The translations under genes and the position numbers were made by a program. A stretch of DNA of 63,083 nucleotides, counting the filler, from Collodictyon triciliatum (lineage: Eukaryota): the NCBI GenBank assembly GCA_043381765.1. It is 6 parts of 6 records of this genome, joined end to end, with 100 filler letters (N's around TTAATTAATTAA, not from the genome) between each part and the next. Parts side by side here need not be neighbours in the genome. Positions count along the whole stretch, not along the records: positions 18,239 to 28,477 come from JBHJMP010000074.1; positions 28,578 to 39,217 come from JBHJMP010000075.1; 4 more parts are not named here. One strand, written 5' to 3'. Shown here piece after piece: positions 22,679 through 34,800 of the stretch; position 1 is the first letter of the stretch; each line of letters begins with the position of its first letter. The notes beneath the pieces were generated by a model. It was not told where the DNA came from. It was given only the letters and a program-made list of their open reading frames with translations, and ran no database searches.

Positions 22679-25600
22679 AAAATATATATTATGTAACTAT
22701 TGAATAATTGTTGAATATACCAGACGTGAGGGACGAACATGGAAAGTTGAAGGTGTTCCTAAATTGATAACAGGATACACAGCGTATAAATCAACACAAG
22801 ACACCCAGAGACTTTGAAAATAAGTATAAATATATCATTTGGCAAAGTAAAATTCGTTAATGAGAATGTAGGGCGGTAAAATGCACAGAGAATCTGGAGC
22901 CAACCCTGCATATGAATCAAATTAAGATAATTTATTTATTAGTACAGAATATATGAATATGTGCCTTATGATACACAGCTATATGGAATTCTTAGATAGC
23001 AAACTAAAGCTAGTTTAAGACACAAACTTTATTTGACTCGAAGGCTAATAACATGTGCGACTGTATCTCCGTGACCAATGACCTCTTTTGTTGAAATATT
23101 TTTAAACATGGTGAATTTAATATGTGATGTGGGCGGAGAGAAAAGTCTACTATTAACTTCTCAAAATACTCAACCTGTATCTCTGCTTGGTGTATCTTTG
23201 ATATTTCGTCATATTTTCGGATAAAGTCAGACATATATGTAGGTTCTGGGTTTTGTAAACATTTTTTTAGATTAGCTTCGTATCATTAACCATAAGCAAT
23301 TCGTATACATGCATAAACTATTTCGGCTCCATAGCAAAAGCGAGCAAATATGGAAAATATGCAGCTGAAAAAGTATTGCCTTGGTCTGTAGATATGAAAT
23401 CTGGGTGAGTCATTTTTGTGATTGAAGAATCATCAGCGTCAACCTCTCGAGCAGTCTGGGACTAAATATAAAAGAGAGAAATGAATTATTTTTGAAGAAA
23501 TGAATTTTTAATACGACAAAAAAAAAAAAAAACTGTTCAAGCTAGCAGAGTGCTGTCAAGATTACTTGTAAAGCTTTCCTTAAATTTGTGATGATAGACT
23601 CTTGAGTAGACAGTTTAGATTCTAGAGATTTTAATTCGGAATCTTTTTCTATTCAAAGTGAATACATAAATAAGAATTTTGAATTATGCTCCATTGTCAA
23701 ATATATATGCCGGGTTTTTTTATTATAATGTTTTAATGTCCCTCTCCATATATACATATGGTATTATATCGGTATCATCATGACTCCCACGGTCCTGCAC
23801 AAAAGTTGAAAGGAAGAATAAAAAAAAAAAAATCGGTATCATCATGACTAGTACCTGTAATAACTTTTTCTATTGCTTTTTCAGACTGGATTAATTGGTG
23901 TTGGAGCTCTAAAATGCGTCTGTCTCTTCGATCTATTTTTGAATAAACGAATTATACTATGAATATGATTGGTTTGGTTTTTATTGATTCATTCATTCAT
24001 ACTAACCTGTCGTTCTGATATCAAGTGCGCACCGTCAAATATGTTTGTTTGAAGTATATTTAGAAATTAATAGAACAGCGATGAAACATGCTTATATTAG
24101 TAGCATATTTTTCAACTGAAATTTATAGCATATTCATATCGCGTTATGATTCCTCAAAAATATATTGTCCAATTATGCAAACCCGGGAGACCCGCCTTGA
24201 TCTTTATCCTTGGATATTCTTTGTATGGCTTCTTTCAACCTCTAAAAAAAAAAAAAGCGATGTTATCGATGTTTAGAGATAAAAGACAACAAGAAATACA
24301 CGTCGCCAAACTATTGATCAAGACTTAAGTACCAGTTGGAGTTCTTGGTCCAGAATGGATTTATATTGTAGCTTTTCTCTCTCTAAAGACAACTCTTTTG
24401 AAAGAACATCCGACCGCATCTGCACAGAATTGGTGATATTTATTCTCTTTTCCAGAGTATTAGAAATTTTATTTTTTCATTTATTTGATTCAAAGTAGTG
24501 TATGAGAAAATTAAAAAAAAATTGTAAAATATATGAAAATCATCACTGAATGCTGAGAGCATTATCCAGTGATGGTGATTATTATTCGCAAAAACCTAAC
24601 CTGCTCCATTTCTAACTTTCTCTTCTCCAGCTCTTCTTCTTGTCTTTGGCGCATCTATTATCCCATTTAGAGTCTAAATGTGCAAGTATTTTGCAGAAGT
24701 TAATTTGATCAGATGACTTTCTTACCTGTGTAATAGAACTCATAAATTCTTGCTCTCGCTTCTTGCATTCCTCTTGCCATCGGGTGGATTGCTCCATCTT
24801 TGGACAATTATATTATTGTCAACGTTTTTAAAATATATAACTAACCAAAAAAACATGTAAAGGATGAATAATGATATTGCTCAATTCAGTTCGTAATATG
24901 GGAGCGCATAAAGTGGAAATACTTCGCTATTTCGTGACAACTGCGACTGTAGATCTAGAATTTTCTGATATAAAAGTGTAACTAAATTAGATTAGATTGT
25001 TTTGTTTCGGTTTGGTTTGGTTTGGTTTGGTTTGGTTTGGTTTGGTTTGGTTTGGTTTGGTTTGGTTTGGTTTGGTTTGGTTTGGTTTGGTTTGGTTTGG
25101 TTTGGTTTGTTGTTTTCTATTATTTATTTTTAACACTTTGAAGGAAGTAAATGTCATGTTGAAGAAGAAAAATCTGATTGTGACATACCTCTTTCAAAGG
25201 AGTCATCGCTCTATTGATTTCACCATCAATTGTCTCTTTAGATTTGGAAAGCTTCACCTCAAAAGTTGTCTCCATCTCCAACATCACTTTTCTCAACGAT
25301 TGAATTTCGTCTGATTTCGCTTTATAATTGAATGAAGAAAATTTGCGTTAAAATGCCAACTTCGTTTACTCAAAAAGCAATATACCTCGAAGTTCGTTTT
25401 CCAAAGATTCTACGAGCCTTTTTTCGTTTATTATTGATGAGGTCACTGTTGCTTCAGAGTCTCTTTCTTCTTCAGCATTCGTTTGCTCCGCTAGGAAATG
25501 TTGACAATTAAATTATTGATGAAATAAAGCTACGCTCTCCGACAATCAAAGTCAAAGCCATTTATTTTAAAGTATGTTTTTATGTAATAAAATTTTGGAA

Positions 25601-28477
25601 TGGTGTTATCAGAATAACTTATTACACCATCGCGAAAGCCATTCAAAAATAGATTCAACGAAAGAGTCCATTTGGTCCTTTATTATGTGTTGTTATTACT
25701 ATTGTTTTCATTTTTGAATATATTCCTCTTTATAAAACAGTATAGTTAAAATGACATATGTTTGATAAATGCAATATTGATTTACCCTTCGAATACGAGC
25801 AAACTGGGATTTCCATGAGAGCTACACCATACCGAGTATGACGTAAAATAAAATATTTCGTGACTTTTTATATGTTTTTATATGTTTTTATATGTTTTTA
25901 TATGTTTTTATATGTTTTTATATGTTTTTATATGTTTTTATATGTTTTTATATGTTTTTATATGTTTTTATATGTTTTTATATGTTTTTATATGTTTTTA
26001 TATGTTTTTATATGTTTTTATATGTTTTTATATGTNNNNNNNNNNNNNNNNNNNNNNNNNNNNNNNNNNNNNNNNNNNNNNNNNNNNNNNNNNNNNNNNN
26101 NNNNNNNNNNNNNNNNNNNNNNNNNNNNNNNNNNNTATATGTTTTTATATGTTTTTATATGTTTTTATATGTTTTTATATGTTTTTATATGTTTTTATAT
26201 GTTTTTATATGTTTTTATATGTTTCTTTTTTTTTGATATGATGATTCTTCTTGTTAAGAACTTACAAGTCTATCTCCTAAATCCTGTTGCTATTAGTGTT
26301 GATGATATGGAGATAAAAAATATTAGCTAAAGATCAATCAAGCATATACTCTTCAAAAAAAATGTGAACCTGGTATATCGTTGTTGGGGATGTGGGTTGG
26401 TTGATTTTCTCATTTGAATTCCTTTTGAAAAATGGTTATATTATGTTTGGCTCGGATTGATGTACTTTTACATTAAAATTCAAAAATGGTCTGTTGTAAG
26501 TGTTGATATGTTCTCAAATAGAAAAAATTAATTAATAATCACGTGGAAATGCTTTGGGTATTTATGTCGTTTTGTGCCTGGAATAGAGTTTCTTCTTGGC
26601 TATGGCATTATGTATTGTTGAAGCATAATTTTAATAAAAATTAAAAAATTATTAATTAATCAAATGCATTCAAAATAACTAAACATGAAATGGTGGATAT
26701 CATTTGTATCTGTGTATATATTACCTGACTTCCCAGAGCATTTTTTCAGCTTCGAATCCTAGAATACGCTCACAAAGGCGTTGTTTTTCCTCTGTAAGAC
26801 GGCTAACTTTCTCCTCAAGTTGAAAATTCTTTGCAAAAAGAGAGAGAGAAGAGGCAGAAATATTTATTTATTGGCCATTTCTTTTATTACGATTCAACGT
26901 CAATGGCTGTTCGGAGAAATATTAGTCTTTGATTAATCAAAATACTTGGTCGGTAAGCTCTTGGATGATGTTTATGTCTTTCATCTCTTTATCTTGCCGA
27001 TGCTCAAATGCGATCTGAGTAATATATGGTAAATGACATTTTTGATAAATATAAAAGTGCCATACAGCCATTCGTTCTCATTAGAATGAAATAAGTTTTC
27101 CAGAAAAAGATAATATCATCATATAATGATAAAGAAAAAACCCCCAGCGCTTCATGATTATTGGTTGATGAATTACTACCCGCATGGCGATCTGGCAACA
27201 TTCGCATCTCATAAATTCAGATAGTCTATCTCCTATTGCCAATATGTCATCGTAGGTCTGCTTCAGGGTTGCGTAGGCTATAAAATCAAAATAATTTAGA
27301 CACTAATTAAAAAGCGATCACAAATGTGCTGATGTAATAAGAAAGTAACTGGGAGAAAAGTATGCATGTTTCATTTTAATTTATAATATTAGATGTGGAT
27401 AGGCAATATTTGTGGTACATGATTGTGATGGGATTATGATATCGGCAAAAGCATCGTGTATTTTTTCGATTCTGCTATCCTCATTCACTAAATTCAATAG
27501 TTTGCTGGTTAAATATCGCATAAAAAGGCAAAAAAAAAAAAAACTGTTTTTTATGTCAAATCCCACTCCCCAAAGAAATAAAAGGCATCACAAAATCATT
27601 AGTATGTGTCAATTGATAACCTGATTCTTTCTTTTTAATTTTATCTCCTATGACGCTTATCTCCTGCATCAATGGCTTCATGTCCATTCGCAATCTTGAA
27701 CTCTGGTATATATATTCGAAATTGTTGTGTTTTTATTTGCTCATTTATACCATCCATATTGAAGGAATAAAATATTCGAGTATGATCTGAAATTATAAAG
27801 TGGTCCTGAGCGTACATTATCTGACCATTCATCTGGATAAGATGATACTGCTATGTCCACAAAATCAACAATCCTCTGTTGCAACAAAACTGCCACTTGA
27901 TATAACCTATCACACTCAATATCAGCTGCCTTCAGAAAATCTGATATCTTTTGTTGCATTTTAACCAGTTTTACTGCTTCCTATTCATGATTATGTTATT
28001 TTGTTTGAATTAGGCTGTCTTTCACAACGCAATGTGATAGTTGTGTCAATTGATAAATATTTAGACCGAATAATATTTGGATTATAAGCTAGATACGTAG
28101 ATAGGTGAACTTACTTGCTCGATGTTGGGAGGAAAATCTAATAGGCTATTCTCATAGTCGTCTTCTATCGCATCTTCGCCCAACATGTGTTCTTGATCAG
28201 CGGACAGTTGGCTTGGAATACCCTATTATCGTGTGATCGTAAAAGTTAAACAAATGGGAAGGCATAAAAGAGCTTACTAATAAACCGTTTCTTTGTTTCT
28301 TTGTTTCTTTGTTTCTTTGTTTCTTTGTTTCTTTGTTTCTTTGTTTCTTTGTTTCTTTGTTTCTTTGTTTCTTTGTTTCTTTGTTTCTTTGTTTCTTTGT
28401 TTCTTTTGTAACGACTCAGGCTCGCTGGGACGAAAACCTCTGAAGGAAAAGCACCTTTGTGGAGGACACCGTGATGG
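20771..28477 (-). CDS. Large coiled-coil protein with a C-terminal MAP65/ASE1/CCDC87-like helical motif, partial, more than 20 exons
   Basis: Heptad-rich exons include FQLEEKVSRLTEEKQRLCERILGFEAEK, MRQRQEEELEKRKLEMEQ and DRRILELQHQLIQSEKAIEKVITEKDSELKSLESKL. The C-terminal exons give IKQLWATLETPLKEQTAFLLKVYEQAPYSDQLLRVYERESSRLTDVIPL. The family assignment is tentative. Confidence 0.55.
23768..23849 (+). mobile_element. Micro-retroposon-like insertion, family A, with perfect 18-bp direct repeats
   Basis: ATCGGTATCATCATGACT (23768-23785 and 23832-23849) flanks CCCACGGTCCTGCACAAAAGTTGAAAGGAAGAAT-A12. The core is 31/34 identical to the copy at 18.6 kb. Confidence 0.72.
24454..24512 (-). mobile_element. 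Micro-retroposon-like insertion, family B, decayed
   Basis: AGAGTATTAGAAATTT and AGTGTATGAGAAAATT (13/16) flank an insert whose reverse complement is ACTTTGAATCAAATAAATGAAAAAATA. Confidence 0.55.
25011..25108. repeat. (TTTGG)n microsatellite
   Basis: Perfect pentanucleotide array, intronic. Confidence 0.95.
25865..26223. repeat. (TTTTTATATG)n decamer repeat
   Basis: Perfect array around an N gap, intronic. Confidence 0.95.
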
Positions 28478-28577
28478 NNNNNNNNNNNNNNNNNNNNNNN
28501 NNNNNNNNNNNNNNNNNNNNNTTAATTAATTAANNNNNNNNNNNNNNNNNNNNNNNNNNNNNNNNNNNNNNNNNNNN
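28478..28577. other. Artificial scaffold spacer
   Basis: TTAATTAATTAA at 28522-28533 between N runs. Confidence 0.97.
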
Positions 28578-28820
28578 AAAAAAGAAAGAAAAAAAGAAAG
28601 AAAAAAAGAAAGAAAAAAAGAAAGAAAAAAAGAAAGAAAAAAAGAAAGAAAAAAAGAAAGAAAAAAGAAAGAAAAAAGAAAGAAAAAAAGAAAGAAAAAA
28701 AGAAAGAAAAAAAGAAAGAAAAAAGAAAAGGATAATTTGATGCTATTCTTATTTTGTAAACTCGCGGAAGTATTCAGCGAAAGGTAAAATTTAAGCTTGA
28801 ATATGAGTAAAAATACAAAC

Positions 28821-31800
28821 AGGAATAGAGTCTCTGGGAGAGACGTGTTGCTTGATGAATGGAAGTATTGTAATAAGGGATGAAGCGCCTACATTCATTG
28901 ATTGTATGTTTACTTTCACATTCTCAATGTCAACAAGATGGCCTTTACCTTCAAATATGTTCGAGTGGGCAACAATTTTTAGATAGTCAGCAACCAAGCA
29001 CGCGGCATTTGCATAGGTGATTGCTGCTTCAGCAAAGTTTTCGCTCTATTGAATAAATAATGTAATTTTGGTACTTCCTTTTCCCCATCTTGTTCTTTTG
29101 ATTATTATTATTATTAATTATATAACAGGGCCATCAATATCTCGCCTTGAGGTTTGGCGACAAACGCATAAAAATATCAATACTGGATGGTATGAAACGG
29201 CACAAACTTCTTCCTGTTCTTCAGCCAAACATCCCATGATGTAGAGTCGCAGATCAGGGTTTCCAATCAGAGTATCGGACAGGCGGGAAAGCGTGTCAGC
29301 CCTCGCCTAGAATTTTCCACAGCATTAAAATGTAAAGTATGACCCAAACCAAAATAGATTACCACCAGAATCTAGTCTTTCCAACAGCCATCAAGAAAAT
29401 AATACAACATACATATGCGTCGTCTTGCTTGTTACGTAGTGACTCAACATCGTTTACAATCGAGAGTAATGATTGGGTAAATTCTGATATATCTCCAACA
29501 AAGGCATTCTGAGTGTTTAGTATGGACGATTAACTTAGATACCTGCAAAAAAACAGGGGTTGATTTGAATGTCATACCTTCTTTTCTGAGGAAAGTGTCG
29601 TATCTTCTTCAGCGCAGTAAAGAAGATTATGGCATAGTGTGTGAAGGGATATGTGGTACTAGTTTATGAATTACATAATTTAAAAAGAGAGAAATAAATG
29701 GAGAACATTATGACAAATAGCACCCCACACGGCCAAGAAATGAATATAAAGTAGACAAGGACTTAACGGCCAAATAAAATCAAGTAAAAGTACCATCATT
29801 CGGTGAATGCGTTCGTCCTTCTCATCAGATTCCTTCTTGAGAGTCCTAGATCAATTTATGGATAAATAACACGATACTTGAGAAAAAAAATTAAAAGTGA
29901 GTGAGAATATGGGCGATTTTTTTTTATTTATGAGCCATTCTTTTCCTTCATTCTTTCAATTTATTCCATACAGAGGATTTTGATATGTTAATGGACTATT
30001 CTATTATTTTGTAGTTGGATTACTTTAAGGCTGCAAGATCGCTGAGGTTCTCAATTATGTGGAATTTCGACCTGTATATTTGTCCGGTCTCTTCATAGTT
30101 GATCTAGAGAGTATATGTTCATATGATTACAACAAATATGTATAGGGCACATACTAAGTCGCATCCTGCTTGTTTTATTAGTTACTTAAAATAGACGATC
30201 GGATAAGAGGGACATATTTAAACCTTGATAAGGCAGTACAGAGTAGAGGAAGCCTACGAGTATTCAAAGTGAGTCGATACAGCAGCAACTCCATAACATA
30301 TTGAAAAGAGGTAAGAAAAATACATACCATGTTTGAAACAATTTGATCCTCACAGCAGGAAAGTAGAATTAAAAGCCGAGTAATACGATTCAAAAATTGG
30401 TTTCTACATTCAAAAATTATACAATGTATCAATTAAATAATAAATAGAAGCCAAGAGAAAATGCATAGTAATCTATTATTGGAATGGAAGGAAGACATAT
30501 TTATGCAACACGTACTTGAAGACAAAAAATAGCCTTGGGTAACTCATGAGAAGTTTATTCAGAAACAGAAGAGCTGATTGGTGAGCACTTCTCGATTGTT
30601 CAACATCAAGCATGCGAAGGAGGGGCTAGTTCCATAAATATGTTGAAAATCAAATGATATGTTATTGAACTTATCGTTATGGTTATTATCTCTGGTTTTT
30701 CTTCGTTCCTGTCACGATATTTACTCGGGATGTAGTTATATCAAAAATTGGAAGGTAAAGTGCCACTTACGTCAAGAAAGGGGCCGGCTATTTGTTGCGA
30801 TATGTTTGGGTTGAGCAAGTCTTTACCAAAAAGCAAGGAAAACTCATTCAGCGTTTCGAGAATTACGAGCCGAATTTCGGTACATATTACGTGCTCCTAC
30901 GGGATTCGTTCGTGTTTTACGTAGTCATCCACAACACTTTTCTTTATAAATCTTTCTTGGTAATATCGCTCATGAATTCAAAAAAAAGAAAAAGAAAAAA
31001 GAAGAAAGTCTTTATCATAAATGAATATTACTGTTTTAACATCAGTGAGGTGTTTCTCGTCATGCTTTCCTCGAGAGGTGGAGGCACGATACTTTCTCGC
31101 ATGGTCGGAGCCAACCGACATTGAACGGTCTAGACATCATTTTCTTATTCAACATCTTTTTATTAAAAAAAAACCAAAAAAAAAAAAACCAAAAAAANNN
31201 NNNNNNNNNNNNNNNNNNNNNNNNNNNNNNNNNNNNNNNNNNNNNNNNNNNNNNNNNNNNNNNNNNNNNNNNNNNNNNNNNNNNNNNNNNNNNNNNNAAA
31301 AAAAAAAAAAAAAAAAACCAAAAAAAACCAAAAAAAAAAAAAAACCAAAAAAAACCAAAACCAAACAACAACAACAACAAATGGTTGCCCCTATACACAA
31401 TTCTGTAAAATATCCTAAATACTCATTCCACTGTTAATGTACATACATAATCATATCTAAATAAAAAATTTATATATATATATATATAATGAAGATATAT
31501 GCACAGGTATATATGTCAGACCCTTTATTCCTCGAATTGAGCCATGCGACCTTCTGATACTCAATTGATGAAGAGACTCAAGCTCAGACTTTTTGTTTTT
31601 GTTTTTGATAAAATCATAGTTAGAAATAAAAAAGAATTGTAAATATATACACTTCATATGGACAAATACAAATGAAAGAATGAAAATAGAAACCAGATTC
31701 TGCTTCGTAAAGTATGCACTCCTTCCGACGTACTTTGTATCGTGCAGTTGAAATTCGTCAAGTTTGAGTGGTATTGGAAAAACCATAATAGAAAACATGT

Positions 31801-34800
31801 ACATTCATAGGGTTATTCACACGGTTAAATTATTACCGAGAACTGTTCCACAGATGTATCTAACAAGCCCAGAAACTCTATGAGAGTTAAAGTATTTTCT
31901 TGGCTCCACCATTCTTTCAAAATACCCTGGTGTACGTTCTAGTAAAGTATTCGTGAGTTTTCATCTGCCGTGACTTATTTTGAGAAATAAAAGGTTGATT
32001 TCGTTAAGCATATTGTTTGGGGATACCTTTAAAATCCAAGAGAAACATAAGAGAATATTTCTGTAGTATTCTTTGGCGTTGTCGATTTCTCTGGACTCAT
32101 CTGGCGAGCTAAGCTGACGACTTGACATTGATGTAAAAATATATGGTTAGAAATATCGAGTGTATCGAATCAAAAGGATAAGAGTGCATTTGAGTTTACT
32201 TGGTTTGGGATATTCTCCACAACTCGGGGACTTTGTCAACAATAAATGTCAAGAATGGGAAAAATAGTGCCGCAATTCTACTGCGTTCGGCAGAGCCTTG
32301 ATATCTTTCGTCGGTTTCCATTTTCACCAAAATCCATACCAACGTTTTCACCACCTGCAGATAACGATGCTCTTAGCCAACGCATGATGCAAAGTATGGT
32401 TATTGATAGATGCGTTTTTAAGGAACGAAATTAAACAATTTATTTGTATCGGAGAAGGCGGTTCCACCGTTTGGTACACTAACCTCATATTTCAAATATT
32501 TGGATGCCTGAAATGATTGTTTCACCTCCTGCATCAATATTCCCGCAAGGAAATGTTTTCGCCTGCATATTTTCTTGTTATCAGCTATTTTACTTTAATT
32601 GAAATTGCATTTTCTTTTAATCATAATAACGAAAGAAAAACCAACTCGAATTGCTCCAACATATTCGGAATCGACTCTATCCTAACAGCAACAGGTAAAC
32701 TCTATGATTCGATGGTGAGTAATCTTTTTCAATTAAAGAAAAATATATCACCTTCCACAAATTGAAATAAATAAACAAATAAAAATAAACGTGCACATAA
32801 AATCATATGTAATACTAATAAAAATGATACAATTATAAAATAACTAGAATAGTTGAGTCGCTAGCAAGAGAAATTCCTCATACCAAAGGTACAAAATGTT
32901 CGTGGTCCATAATTATTCGACACAGTTCGATTCGCAGTCGCCATGCTAAATCTGCTTTCGAGTATGCATTATAGCATCTCAAGACATGATAGATCTACAA
33001 GCAGAATCATTATTATTCCTTTTTTGTTACACATCGATAACTTACACACACCAGCTACAAATTTAGACAGTTTTAAGACTAACAAAATAATCATTTTTTT
33101 TCAAAGACTTCTATATCATAGGGTCGTGCACAAAAGAAGTAAGAATTAAATATACCATCTGTAATACCGCACCACGATCAACAAGAGAGAGCATATCTTT
33201 CAAGAAAAATGCCAAAGAGCGATTGATTGAAGAGTCATCACCTCGTTCGGACGTTCTGGGCAATTAAAGTGTATTGTGTCATATAAAGGCAGTCGTCTTC
33301 AATAATTTTCAAGATGGAAATAATGGTCATCTTCAGATAGGCTTTTGTTCCACACAAACTTTGATAATGAGCGCTCAGCTAGTTTCCCAACTAGCTTGAA
33401 AACGAGTTGAATAAAAGTCTGCGAAAATCGATCTGCCCATTTCTTGGAGTTTTCTGTTATAAAGAGGCAATTATTAAAATTTTTTTTTTTAAAAAAAAAC
33501 TAATCAGATGAGCTGTAGATATATGTGTCTATTCAATAAAGGCGAATTACTGAGAAGTCCACTGGTGTGAAGTTCGACAGTGATGGTTTTGGTAAGTACA
33601 GAAAGCAGAAAATTGGTCGTATTCTCGTCCAAAAGCGGTTTCTGAATATTTTCGAAAACGTCATATGGGCACATACTTTTGCACAATTCAACCAGTAAAA
33701 GTAGAAAAATAAAAAAAAGCAATATAAAATTGATGACGAGAAAAAAAGAAAAAAAGAAAAAAAGAAAAAAAGAAAAAAAGAAAAAAAGAAAAAAAGAAAA
33801 AAAGAAAAAAAGAAAAAAAGAAAAAAAGAAAAAAAGNNNNNNNNNNNNNNNNNNNNNNNNNNNNNNNNNNNNNNNNNNNNNNNNNNNNNNNNNNNNNNNN
33901 NNNNNNNNNNNNNNNNNNNNNNNNNNNNNNNNNNNNGAAAAGAAAAAAGAAAAGAAAAAAGAAAAGAAAAAAGAAAAGAAAAAAGAAAAGAAAAAAGAAA
34001 AGAAAAAAGAAAAGAAAAAAGAAAAGAAAAAAGAAGAAAAAGAGTACTCTTTCAGCTATCCCATTTTGAAACCCAGAAGTATTCCAAATTGTAAGAAGTC
34101 TTTCGCAAAAAATGGAGCGGTCCTGGTCGAAATTATACACAACATATCAATAAGGTACGTTATTAAAAATTAGAAATTTTAGGCCATTGAGGTTATGTTG
34201 GTCCCAAACGTAACATACAAAATCAGGATTAAATAGATATTTGACGTAGGACAGAATCCAAGGGTTCAGTTCATCTCCATCAGGAGATATCCTGGTGTGA
34301 AAAGAACGTATTGAAAGACAAAGTTATATGTTAGTAATTGCCCACAACGCGTTCCATTTTGGAAAAAAAAACGATTTTTTTGGATAGACAATTATCCAAA
34401 TAATTATTCATTATAAAGTAAATTGAAGACACATCTTTATGTTAGAATATCATTCAATTACCAACCTGGATATAAGCCGATATATAGCTCGAAAGCTGTC
34501 GGTTGCTATCTCTTGATTAGAATGTAACATCAGCTTGAGCAGTGTATTTAGAACCCACGGAAGAAATCTAAATGCTTCATGAAGGTCTTTTCCTTTCTCA
34601 CTCTTGTAAAGAGAATCGACAATCTAAGGTTGTGCATATGAACATATTTACTTTATGGGAAATAATTGAAATAAGCGGTGAAGCAATTGCGAGAGTAATA
34701 TATACCCGGTGGAGAACTTCAGTGCTAGGGCTTTCGTAGAGAGTCAGCAATCCAACAGTTGTATCTTCCTGCACATCAAAAATAGAAAATTTTAAGAAAA

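Noticed and set aside
25011-25108. (TTTGG)n as an interstitial telomeric repeat
   Set aside because: It grades from (TTTTG)n-like sequence and is one of many intronic SSRs; there is no evidence that it is the telomere unit.
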